Positions 54,635-63,299 of a DNA stretch of 64,000 nt are shown here, piece by piece. The notes beneath the pieces are model-generated. The model saw nothing but the letters and a program-made list of their open reading frames with translations. It was not told the DNA's origin and made no database searches. The position numbers were made by a program, and so were the translations under genes. The DNA lies in assembly GCA_009841225.1 (NCBI GenBank), contig VXMF01000036.1, positions 7,825 through 71,824 on the forward strand, given 5' to 3'. Each line of letters starts with the position of its first letter. Positions within the stretch are counted from its first letter, which is position 1. The stretch is from Terriglobia bacterium. GTDB lineage: Bacteria; Acidobacteriota; Terriglobia; Bryobacterales; UBA6623.

Positions 54635-56371
54635 ATGGGACCTGGTGTGCTGAGTCGCGCTCTCAGGGCGTTTGCCGGACTGTTGGTTTGGTCCAGTTCT
54701 TTGGCCATTCCGGCCGCTACGCTTGCGGCCGACGGCGGCGAGCTGCTGTCGCAGGCACGCGCCCAGCGGGAGGCCGGCGACCTTCCTGCAGCTGCCCTGT
54801 CGCTGGAACGCCTGCTGTCCAGCGCACGGGACGGACACCCCGGTGGAGCGGCGCTCCCGATGCTCCACCGCGAGCTCGGAGAGGTCTATGCGGCCATGCA
54901 GCGACCGGGAGATGCCGCCGCGGAATTCGAGCGATCTCTGGCGGCGGACCCCGCCCAGAGGGTCCTTCGTTACCAGACGGGCATTTTATACAGGCAGCTT
55001 GGCCAACACTCCAAGGCGGCCGAGCATCTCTCAGAGGCATTTCAGCAAGGATTCCGAAACACAGCTGTACGGTTTCACCTAGCCGCCTCACAGTTCGCTA
55101 CCGGAAAGTTCGCGGCGGGGCTTGGCCATGCACGCATGATCCTCCAGCCAAGCCCGCCGACCAGCGACGCTGCGCTGCGTGTCGGAAAACTCCTGTTCGA
55201 ATACCACTTCTACCGCGACGCAAGTGTTGCGTTTGAATCTGCCTTGGACGGTGCCAGCCAGCCCATGGAGGCGCGCGTCTACCTGGCTCTGAGCAATCAC
55301 TTGCTCAACCGTCACGAGCGAACCGTAGAGCTGCTGCAGCCGCTTGTCGCTCCCGATGGCTCGGGGAATGCCGAGGTGTTGACCCTGCTAGCGGCGGCGC
55401 TAGCATCGCTGGACCGGTTCGAGGAGGCCGAGGCGTTGTTTGGGCAAGCCATTGCCAAGGAGCCGTCGAGCCCCCATCCGTACCTGAACCATGCGCTTGT
55501 CCTGCTTGAGCAGGGCGAGGCCGGACGCGCGAGTGAATTGTTTGGCAGGATGTTCCGATCGGCGGGGTCTGAAAGCCCAAAGGTCTTCTATGCGATTCGG
55601 CGCAATTCCTGCCATGACGCCTATCACGAGACTGCGGGCCGTTCGAGATCTGGCGACGTGGGTGCCAATCCCGACCGAGGCCTCCAGTTCTTCGAGTTCG
55701 CCCGGTCGCTAAGCCAGCGGCACCACCATGGAACGGCTGTCGAGCTGCTGCGCATCGCCGCCCGCGACACAAGCGACCGCGACCTGCCTCGGGCGAGGTT
55801 GCACCGCGCGCTGGGATTGAGTTGTTTGAATCTGGCGTCTGGCAGCGAGATCCCCACCCGGCTCCTGGAGCGAGCGACCGAGCTGGATCCGCGTGACCAC
55901 AGAGCGCATTTCCTGCTGGGACGTTCGCTTCAAGAGAGGCACAAGCCCGAGCAGGCCGCCAAGGCCTTCCAGCGCGCAATCGAGCTGCAGCCTGATGCAT
56001 TGGCGTACTACACCGAGCTAGCTCGGTCGCTGATGTCGGGTGGAGGCGGTGTCGACCAGAGCAGGAGAGCGGTGTCGATCTTGGTCAAGGCAATCCAGAT
56101 CGATTCCTCGGATCCCGCCGCGCGCTTCGAACTGGGCAAGCTGCGGATGGGGCAGGGGCGTCTGGATGAAGCGGAGCAACACCTTCGCAAGGCGCTCGAG
56201 GCCGCGCCGGAATTCTATGAAGCGCACTACGTATTGGGACAGGTCTACGCACGAGGGAAGAAGACCGCCCAAGCGAGGGACTCCATTCGGGCGTTTGAAG
56301 CGACGAAATCGGCCATCGAGGCTCGTTCGACAGTATGGAAGGACTCTACGGTCGGGATTGCAGCCGAGTAA
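54635..56371 (+). CDS. Secreted TPR-repeat protein
   Basis: The signal peptide is LRAFAGLLVWSSSLAIPAATLAA. TPR units run throughout (HRELGEVYAAMQRPGDAAAEF, AHFLLGRSLQERHKPEQAAKAF, AHYVLGQVYARGKKTAQA). Confidence 0.85.
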   Translation: MGPGVLSRALRAFAGLLVWSSSLAIPAATLAADGGELLSQARAQREAGDLPAAALSLERLLSSARDGHPGGAALPMLHRELGEVYAAMQRPGDAAAEFERSLAADPAQRVLRYQTGILYRQLGQHSKAAEHLSEAFQQGFRNTAVRFHLAASQFATGKFAAGLGHARMILQPSPPTSDAALRVGKLLFEYHFYRDASVAFESALDGASQPMEARVYLALSNHLLNRHERTVELLQPLVAPDGSGNAEVLTLLAAALASLDRFEEAEALFGQAIAKEPSSPHPYLNHALVLLEQGEAGRASELFGRMFRSAGSESPKVFYAIRRNSCHDAYHETAGRSRSGDVGANPDRGLQFFEFARSLSQRHHHGTAVELLRIAARDTSDRDLPRARLHRALGLSCLNLASGSEIPTRLLERATELDPRDHRAHFLLGRSLQERHKPEQAAKAFQRAIELQPDALAYYTELARSLMSGGGGVDQSRRAVSILVKAIQIDSSDPAARFELGKLRMGQGRLDEAEQHLRKALEAAPEFYEAHYVLGQVYARGKKTAQARDSIRAFEATKSAIEARSTVWKDSTVGIAAE

Positions 56372-56479
56372 CTGCGAGTCCTCCACATCACCAGAGCAAG
56401 GATCGTTTCGGGCCCCTCTACTCGAAACCTGAACGTCATTAGTCCGATGCCCGATACAGGCCCGGGCGTCAGCATCGGC

Positions 56480-56704
56480 CTAGTCTTTCGCGGACGGCTC
56501 GCATCCAGTGTTCTGCGCCGCGAATGAGATCAAGAAATAGCGGGCCCCAGCGAGCGTCTGCCGGATGCGATGGATCCTTTCCGGGATCTCCTTGTCGCTT
56601 GTCTTGCACTTGTATGGCTGCCGATTCTCGTCGCGCTCGGCCAAACAGGACGTGATCGCATTCCAGAACTTGCGCACGAATTCCTTTTCGTTGACAGAAG
56701 CCAT
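56480..56704 (-). CDS. Small hypothetical protein (74 aa)
   Basis: The ATG at 56704 gives MASVNEKEFVRKFWNAITSCLAERDENRQPYKCKTSDKEIPERIHRIRQTLAGARYFLISF.... The composition is protein-like and charged, unlike the Arg/Pro-rich shadow ORFs. The local GC is visibly lower. It is co-directional with the DUF3604 gene, 112 nt downstream of it. Confidence 0.4.
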   Translation of the reverse strand: MASVNEKEFVRKFWNAITSCLAERDENRQPYKCKTSDKEIPERIHRIRQTLAGARYFLISFAAQNTGCEPSAKD

Positions 56705-56816
56705 GTTCCGGCAATCAGATAATGTTCTGCTGCTGCACGGCAGGAGGGCGGAACGGTCCGTGGACGCGCCGGTCTGATTGCCGCCGCGCTTGCGCTGGAG
56801 GCCTGCCGAGACCGCC

Positions 56817-59450
56817 CTATCTGGGCTCTTCGCCCCCGACCCAAACGGGCGATGACCACGCCATCGCGCCATCCAGCTGCTTGGCGCGCACATAGTAGTA
56901 GTCGCCATGCCCGACGGCGCCTTGGTCGACGAACTCGAAGTCGCAGTCTAGCGGTTGGTCGTCGCTGACCAGTTGCAGGGTCACCCGGTCCGAATCAGGG
57001 TCCGCTGGCAGGTCCTCTTCCAATAGCCCGTCCCGGAGGTCGGAGAATCGAAACTCAAGCGTCCGCGCTGGATGAGCGCGGTAGGTCCGAACGTGGATCG
57101 GTGCCTTGCCGAACTCCGACCCTTCGTCTAGGCTGACGACGATCTGAGTCGAAGGGGTCGCGCCCTCGAGGTCGATCAGCACGGAATCGGCGCGGCCGCG
57201 CGTCGCAGTGCGAAAGCGAATCCGATCGCCCTCCTGCTCCCAGCGCTCGTGGTGACGGTTCTCGATTCGCGGTGCCCGATAGCCGGCCATCGCGGCGCCG
57301 AGAACCTCGATCGTGCCGCTCCACCTGCGCACCCCACGCGGGCTGTCGCGGATGAAAGGTTCTGAGGACGATTCGAAAGTGATCTGAGCCGTCACTTGGT
57401 CGGCGAGGCTCGCCTTCAGAGGCCGCATCCGATAGACCTCGTCGCCGTTCTTGACTACCGCCACTTCAGTGATCGGGGCCGTCCCCATCACGCGCGCCCG
57501 CAGGCGGCGGTCGTCGCTGTAGCCGATCCGCCGGCCCATCTGCGCGCCGTTCAGTTCGAGGTCGACGATGATCCGCTCGGCTGTCGTCGCGGCATATACC
57601 CTGCGCTGCTTGAGGGCGTCGAAGATGGCGTCGGCGGTCTTCTCGCTCGCCAGCGCGGCGGCCAGCCCGCCGAACTGCGTCATCCCCCGGGGGCGCGTGC
57701 CCGTGTATCCGGGATGCGTGCGATGGTCATCCGAAGCTGCAACGAATCCGACTTGATGTCCGTTCCGGAGGTAGTAGTTGCCGAACCACTCGAACGTGCC
57801 GTGCATCGACATGATCTCGACGAGGGATTCCATGTCGGTGTCGCTGTTTCGCCAATCCCCGGGCTGATGGGCGTGCGGAATGATCAGGACGTCGTTCGTG
57901 TCGTAGCGCTCGCGCAGGCCTTGGTACAGGGAGGCGAGATTGGGTGCGAGCTGCGCGCCGACCCGCTCGTCGAAGGGACGGCGGTAGAAGACGTTATGAT
58001 GTCCGCCGAACCGCCTTTGCACAGTCCATTCGTAGCCGAGGAAGGCGATGAATCGGCCGGGCTCGCTGTAACGGATCACGGCCTCGCGGACATTCTTCCA
58101 CTCGAGGTCATCCATTGCGGTGTCGTGGTCGGACATGCCGTAAAAGTCGAGCTGGGCGTCGTCGCGCGCATACCGGTAGGCTCCATCGATCGAGCCCTGC
58201 CCCTCGGCTAGCCCCGCGTGGGAATGCGTTTCGCCCCAGTAAATGCGGTGCGGCGGATTGCTGCGCACCCAGACCGGGTTGCTGGATCCCGTGATCCTGC
58301 CATCGGCGGACGCGAAGCCGAAACGGTAAACGCCCTGCTCGTCCAAGCGGATGTCCTCGAGCACGTTGAGAGCGGGCGCGCCGGCCGGGATGTCTCGGAA
58401 AGGCTCACCGTTCAAGCTGACTCGGTAAGCCGGTATGTCGCTTCTCGCCCGATTGAAGTTGACGTCCTCGCTGCGGACAGCCAGTTCGAAGGCCTCGCCC
58501 GGTTCGACGACAGACGGCGCGAATCCCTTCACCCTTGCGGCTGCTGCGCCAGCCACTTCGAACGCCGGCCAATGGTGTGTCGGATACCTGCCGTCGCCGG
58601 AGTGATCCACATACACGGGCAGTACCGTCAAGTCATTCTCGTAGGTGTGGATGTGCCAGCCGCGCCCTCCGCCGGTGCGATCACCGTAGACCAGAGTGAA
58701 GGAGTCGCCTTGCGCGAGTGTGCCCCGCTCGAGCAGGAATGCGGGCCTCGCGCCGACCGCGCTGTACCGCTCCGGACCCCGTGGGATCTCAACCTTCACG
58801 AACCGGACTTCTGGCTTGGAGGCCTTGATCGTGACGTAGCCGTCGCCCGGACCGTCGTTCTGCAGGTCACCGCGATCCCACTGCGAGTTTCGCCCGACTA
58901 CGACCTTGCCTCCTTGCTTCAGGGCAAGTTCGCCGACGGTATAGGTCAGCTCCACGGTGATCCAGGTATCGGCTGTGAACGGACCGCGCGAGCTGACTTC
59001 GAACCGGCCCAGGGCTCCGGGCCGCTCATCCTTGAGGCGGAGCTCTTCGATCACCTGATCGATCCGCGCATCGGCATAGATGGCGCGCCCGTCGGGTCGC
59101 TGAGAGAGGGACACTACGGGCTCGCGTCCCGCGCGCTTGGCATCGAGCAACTCCCGGAAGGCGGTTTGCAGAATCCCGGTAGCGCGCTCCGGCACGGGGC
59201 CGCCGGCGAGGGCATAGTCGTTTATCCAGCGCCATAGCACTGGAGTGCGCTCGGCTAGGTTCGATCCGTCGGTCGGGTGCTGCGCCGCTCCGGCCTTGAG
59301 TGCTTCGACTCTCGTTCGAGCCTGAGGCGACATGTAGTCGTCACGACTCCCGGACTGGGTCTGGCCATTGGCGTCTGGGCCCAGCCAGAGATGGATGGGC
59401 AAGACCAGCAAGGACACCAGACAGCGGCCCAGTCCGGGGGGAATGCGCAC
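56817..59450 (-). CDS. DUF3604 domain-containing metal-dependent hydrolase, secreted, large form
   Basis: The core has YWGETHSHAG, GMSDHD, IIPHAHQ and AASDDH. The C-terminal tail is YYYVRAKQLDGAMAWSSPVWV. The GTG at 59450 precedes the signal-like segment RIPPGLGRCLVSLLVLPIHLWLG. An alternative ATG lies at 59573 and the ORF maximum is 59699. Confidence 0.8.
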   Translation of the reverse strand: MRIPPGLGRCLVSLLVLPIHLWLGPDANGQTQSGSRDDYMSPQARTRVEALKAGAAQHPTDGSNLAERTPVLWRWINDYALAGGPVPERATGILQTAFRELLDAKRAGREPVVSLSQRPDGRAIYADARIDQVIEELRLKDERPGALGRFEVSSRGPFTADTWITVELTYTVGELALKQGGKVVVGRNSQWDRGDLQNDGPGDGYVTIKASKPEVRFVKVEIPRGPERYSAVGARPAFLLERGTLAQGDSFTLVYGDRTGGGRGWHIHTYENDLTVLPVYVDHSGDGRYPTHHWPAFEVAGAAAARVKGFAPSVVEPGEAFELAVRSEDVNFNRARSDIPAYRVSLNGEPFRDIPAGAPALNVLEDIRLDEQGVYRFGFASADGRITGSSNPVWVRSNPPHRIYWGETHSHAGLAEGQGSIDGAYRYARDDAQLDFYGMSDHDTAMDDLEWKNVREAVIRYSEPGRFIAFLGYEWTVQRRFGGHHNVFYRRPFDERVGAQLAPNLASLYQGLRERYDTNDVLIIPHAHQPGDWRNSDTDMESLVEIMSMHGTFEWFGNYYLRNGHQVGFVAASDDHRTHPGYTGTRPRGMTQFGGLAAALASEKTADAIFDALKQRRVYAATTAERIIVDLELNGAQMGRRIGYSDDRRLRARVMGTAPITEVAVVKNGDEVYRMRPLKASLADQVTAQITFESSSEPFIRDSPRGVRRWSGTIEVLGAAMAGYRAPRIENRHHERWEQEGDRIRFRTATRGRADSVLIDLEGATPSTQIVVSLDEGSEFGKAPIHVRTYRAHPARTLEFRFSDLRDGLLEEDLPADPDSDRVTLQLVSDDQPLDCDFEFVDQGAVGHGDYYYVRAKQLDGAMAWSSPVWVGGEEPR

Positions 59451-59813
59451 GGCCTGTAAGAGCTCCTGCACGGGCGTACAAACATGGTGGCAGATCGCGG
59501 GCACGGACTGGGTATCGGCCGTCCCGATCTCGGAAAGGTCGCTTGTCGTGCGGCTCGCTTGGCATGCCGCCATTGGACCTTGCGAGAATCGGACTCTAGC
59601 TTCCGTGTCGGCAGTCAAGGCCAGACCCAGACGGGGCGCTTCTGGCAGTGTCGTTTCTCGTCGGTCTGCTATCGGCCACCCCGCTCTTCGGCCAAGCACT
59701 CAGCGTGAAGGTAATCCGTTCTCGGACGCCGTCACCAATGCATCTGTGGCGATCGGAGACCAAGAGATGCCGCCCGATGACAACGGCGTCGCCGATGCGG
59801 GCCGGGGCCATCG

Positions 59814-61646
59814 CTACAGGCGCTTTGCGTAGATGTAGAACGCTCCCCGCTCAGTCCCGTCCTCGGTAGTGAAGCGGCTGTTCATGGTCGTCTTGCCAGC
59901 GGGCAGCTCCATCTCGATGGACGCGCTGGACGCGCCAGACTCTACGGGCACGGTCTCTTCCAACTCTCCGATGCGGAGCGTCGCCGTGTTCGCCTCGATC
60001 GGGAAGTCGGCAGGCTTGTCGCGCTGATATAGCTCGAATTCATAGGTGCCCGCTTGGGTCACTTGGATATTCCAAGTCCCGTTCACGGCCGGAGCGCGGG
60101 AGACATGGCCCTGGTTCCATGGAACCTGCACTGAATCGTCCGGCGGGAGCCAGTCGTGGGCGGTGATCCGCGCCGGGTTCTCGGCATCCGAGCCGATATC
60201 CAGGTGCACGTGCTGCTCGAAGCGGTCGTCGATATGCTCCCACCACGCGTCGTACTCCGCGCGCAGCGCGGCGACCACTTCGGGATTGTCGGCGGAGATG
60301 TCCGTCAGCTGGCCCGGATCGGCTTGGATGTCATAGAGCTCCTGCCCGTTGACCAGCCGGTGCTGTTCCGTCATCACGGAACTCTTGCGCCAGCGTTCCG
60401 GGAACCGGATCCGCTGGGAATGCACGACCAGCGTCCGGTCGTCCCAGTCCCCGCCGCGCAGTAGCGGCAGCAAGCTCGTGCCGTCCCAGTCCAGGTCTTC
60501 CCGCCGCGGCGTGCCTGCAGCGTCCGCGAATGTCGGCAGGACATCGATGTGCGCCGCGAGATTCGCGACATCCCGGGGCGCTCCCAAGTTTCCGGCAGGC
60601 CAGCGGACCAAGAACGGCACGCGATGGCCACCGTCATATTCGGACCCCTTCCGTCCGCGCATTCCGGCATTGAAGCCCTGCCACGCGCCTTCGGCTTCTT
60701 CCTTGGCTGCCCGTGCGAGCAGCTCTGCGTTCGTCGAGCCCACCCTCTGGGTCGGGTGCGTGTTGGTCACGCCGGCCGCAGAGCCGTTGTCGGTCATGAA
60801 GATCAGCAGGGTGTTGTTCGCAATGCCGAGTTCGTCCAGCTTCGCGGTCAGGCGCCCCATGTTGTCGTCGATGTTCTCGATCATGCCGTAGAACTTGTCC
60901 ATCGGACTGGGAATGCCCTTGTCGGCGTACGGCTTGGAATAGGACTCGTCGACCAAGAAGGGCCCGTGCGGGGCGTTCGTCGACAGATAGACGAAGAACG
61001 GGCTCCCGCCCTCGGCTTGCCGTTGCTCGATGAATCGCAGGGCGTTGTCGAAAAACACGTCGGTGCAGTAGCCCTCGTAGGCCGTAGGCTCGCCGTTGTG
61101 CCAATACGTGTCATCGAAGTAGTCGTTGCCCCAATAGTCGGGCGTCTGGCCGACGCCCCCGCCGCCGTGGTAGACGGCTTCCTGGAAGCCTCGGTCGATC
61201 GGCCGGTAGGGCGAGTTGTCGCCTAGGTGCCACTTGCCGAAAAAGCCGGTCGCATAGCCGGCCGCCGAAAGTACGTCGGCGAATGAGGTCTCTTCGCGGT
61301 GGACGATGGAGCGCCCCATGATCGTGTGCCAAACGCCGGTCCGGGAGGAATATCTACCGGTGATCAGTGCGGATCTGGTTGGCGAGCAGGTGGGATCGAC
61401 GTGAAAATTGGTGAGCCGCACGCTTTCGGCGTGCAGGGCATCCAAGTTCGGCGTTTGGATCATTGAATTGCCATGTGCGCCGATCTCGCCGTAGCCTTGG
61501 TCATCGGTCATCACAAGGATTATGTTGGGCCGGCTGTCGACCGGTCCCGTGGTGCATCCCGCGGCTAGCAGCAGGGTCGCCAGCACGAGCACTAGCGGAG
61601 CGGATACGTCAAGCGGAGGATGCTGGCGGTTGCAAGGATTAGCCAT
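59814..61646 (-). CDS. Arylsulfatase (Cys-type) lipoprotein with extra C-terminal beta-rich domain
   Basis: The ATG at 61646 gives MANPC...LVLVLATLLLAAGC (a lipobox). ILVMTDDQGYGE and the FGly motif CSPTRSALITGR are present. About 150 aa extend beyond the sulfatase core. Confidence 0.9.
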   Translation of the reverse strand: MANPCNRQHPPLDVSAPLVLVLATLLLAAGCTTGPVDSRPNIILVMTDDQGYGEIGAHGNSMIQTPNLDALHAESVRLTNFHVDPTCSPTRSALITGRYSSRTGVWHTIMGRSIVHREETSFADVLSAAGYATGFFGKWHLGDNSPYRPIDRGFQEAVYHGGGGVGQTPDYWGNDYFDDTYWHNGEPTAYEGYCTDVFFDNALRFIEQRQAEGGSPFFVYLSTNAPHGPFLVDESYSKPYADKGIPSPMDKFYGMIENIDDNMGRLTAKLDELGIANNTLLIFMTDNGSAAGVTNTHPTQRVGSTNAELLARAAKEEAEGAWQGFNAGMRGRKGSEYDGGHRVPFLVRWPAGNLGAPRDVANLAAHIDVLPTFADAAGTPRREDLDWDGTSLLPLLRGGDWDDRTLVVHSQRIRFPERWRKSSVMTEQHRLVNGQELYDIQADPGQLTDISADNPEVVAALRAEYDAWWEHIDDRFEQHVHLDIGSDAENPARITAHDWLPPDDSVQVPWNQGHVSRAPAVNGTWNIQVTQAGTYEFELYQRDKPADFPIEANTATLRIGELEETVPVESGASSASIEMELPAGKTTMNSRFTTEDGTERGAFYIYAKRL

Positions 61647-61757
61647 GGCGTTTCGATTGAACGTACCATACAAGCGCCGCTCCAGACCGGACGGTCATGG
61701 CTCTGCTCATCGTGTCAAAGCTCGGATAGAGAGCCTCCAGATCCGTGACCGGAACCA

Positions 61758-62591
61758 TCACTCCCAAGGCTGGTCCTTCAGGAACGCCGCGTGTTCCACC
61801 AAGGGCTTCTCCGTCTGGAAGTGTTTCCGGTAGGCGGCGACCCAGTCCTGGGCGATGTCTGCCTGGGCGGCCCGCAGCGAGATTTCCCCGCTGCAAGTCT
61901 TCCGCACGAGCCTGTCCTCGAGCGCGTCTTTTGCGTTCGCGTCCCAGACCGACCCTTCGTAGGGCTGCGGCCACAGGTTCTCCGGGACCGTGACCCCACC
62001 GAGCTCGGGCGGCACCAAATGATCGAGTTCGTACGCCAGCGGCTGCGGTGTCTCGATACCATGGGCCCGGAAGACCGCCAGCGCAACCTGGCGGTCGACC
62101 GTCACGGGCACAGCCGGCCTGTAGGACGCACACAGCTCGACGGAGCTCGCGGGACCTGTCCTGCCAGGTGTCAGCCGCGAGTCGGGCACCGCTCGGAGAG
62201 CTGCCACGTTCGGTCCGTCGATAGGGGCATTGCCGGAGTACCACAAGATCCCGCCCGCGCCACAGGCGATGGCCAAGGCCACGGTGGCTAAAGTGGCGGA
62301 GAGCCTCCAGGCTGGCTGCGATCGTTGATCCGAACCCTCCGCAACGGCCCGGGCAAGGGCGCTACGGAGTTGATGCCTCGCCGATTCCGGCGGGGGCAGC
62401 GCCTCATCCAGAATCCGTCGGCGGGCCGCGAAGAACTGTTGCAGCGGCGCTTGCATCCCATTCAACCGAGCCCGGCACTCCTCGCATTCCTCAATGTGCT
62501 CCCGGCAGCGACGAGCGCGTCGCGCTTGGGATCCGCCCTGCAGAAGGAATACTAGGTCCGCGTCGGACAGGTGTCTTTCGCTACTCCACAT
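61758..62591 (-). CDS. zf-HC2 (ZAS-type) anti-sigma factor with a single TM and an extracytoplasmic HNH/His-Me-finger-like domain
   Basis: The ATG at 62591 lies 8 nt after the sigma gene stop. The motif is H-x3-C-x2-C (HIEECEEC). The TM segment is WRLSATLATVALAIACGAGGILWY. The C-terminal region is TPGRTG...YELDHLVPPELGG...NLWPQP...KDALEDRL...CSGEISLRAAQADIAQDW. Confidence 0.8.
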   Translation of the reverse strand: MWSSERHLSDADLVFLLQGGSQARRARRCREHIEECEECRARLNGMQAPLQQFFAARRRILDEALPPPESARHQLRSALARAVAEGSDQRSQPAWRLSATLATVALAIACGAGGILWYSGNAPIDGPNVAALRAVPDSRLTPGRTGPASSVELCASYRPAVPVTVDRQVALAVFRAHGIETPQPLAYELDHLVPPELGGVTVPENLWPQPYEGSVWDANAKDALEDRLVRKTCSGEISLRAAQADIAQDWVAAYRKHFQTEKPLVEHAAFLKDQPWE

Positions 62592-62599
62592 CGTCGTCC

Positions 62600-63205
62600 T
62601 CACGCTTGCACGTTCTGGAGCCGCGAGGCGGCCCGCCTCATGCAATTCGAAACCGTTCCCAGGGAAACTCCCAGCACGCGGGCGATTTCGCGATATCGCA
62701 AGCCCTCGGCCCGCAGACTCAAGCAGGAGCGATCGCGCGCGGGGAGCGCGCTCAGCACAGCACACATTCGCTCGTAACGTTGGCGCATGCGTAGCCGCTG
62801 CTCCGGGTTCGGCGCTCCGTCCGCTACGGGATCGGCAAATGGCGGCGTACGAATCGTCCTTCGGGCCAGTCCGTCGAGCCTGCGACTCTTCAAGCCGAGA
62901 TTGTGCGCAGTCCGGAAGATCCAGCCTCTCAGGTTCGTTCGAGGCCGGCCTCGGTGCAGGTGTCTGAACAGCGCCAGGAATGTTTCTTGGACCACGTCCT
63001 CGCCGTCGGCAACGCTCAGGCCCATCGAAAGCAGGTAGCGGAGGATCGGCTCCCGGAGGTCATCGAACAGGGCGGTCACTTCGTCGTGGATCTCGACGCG
63101 ATGGGTTGCGGGAACTGCCTTGCCGGAAACTCCCGGAATCGGCAGGGTTGCGACTGCCCCGCCGACAGAGGAAGCGGGGACGTACCATCGATGCCCGGCG
63201 GCCAT
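62600..63205 (-). CDS. ECF-type RNA polymerase sigma-70 factor
   Basis: Region 2 is EDVVQETFLALFRHL...GWIFRTAHNLG. The region 4 HTH is LSLRAEGLRYREIARVLGVSLGTVSNCMRRAASRL. Confidence 0.9.
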   Translation of the reverse strand: MAAGHRWYVPASSVGGAVATLPIPGVSGKAVPATHRVEIHDEVTALFDDLREPILRYLLSMGLSVADGEDVVQETFLALFRHLHRGRPRTNLRGWIFRTAHNLGLKSRRLDGLARRTIRTPPFADPVADGAPNPEQRLRMRQRYERMCAVLSALPARDRSCLSLRAEGLRYREIARVLGVSLGTVSNCMRRAASRLQNVQA

Positions 63206-63299
63206 GCCCAGACGTGGCCCAGCTTCGCGCCGCCCGTTTCAGGCGTGATCAGAAAAACCTGAACGAAACCGGGCGAAGTGGAATGTACAAGTGTAGCCT

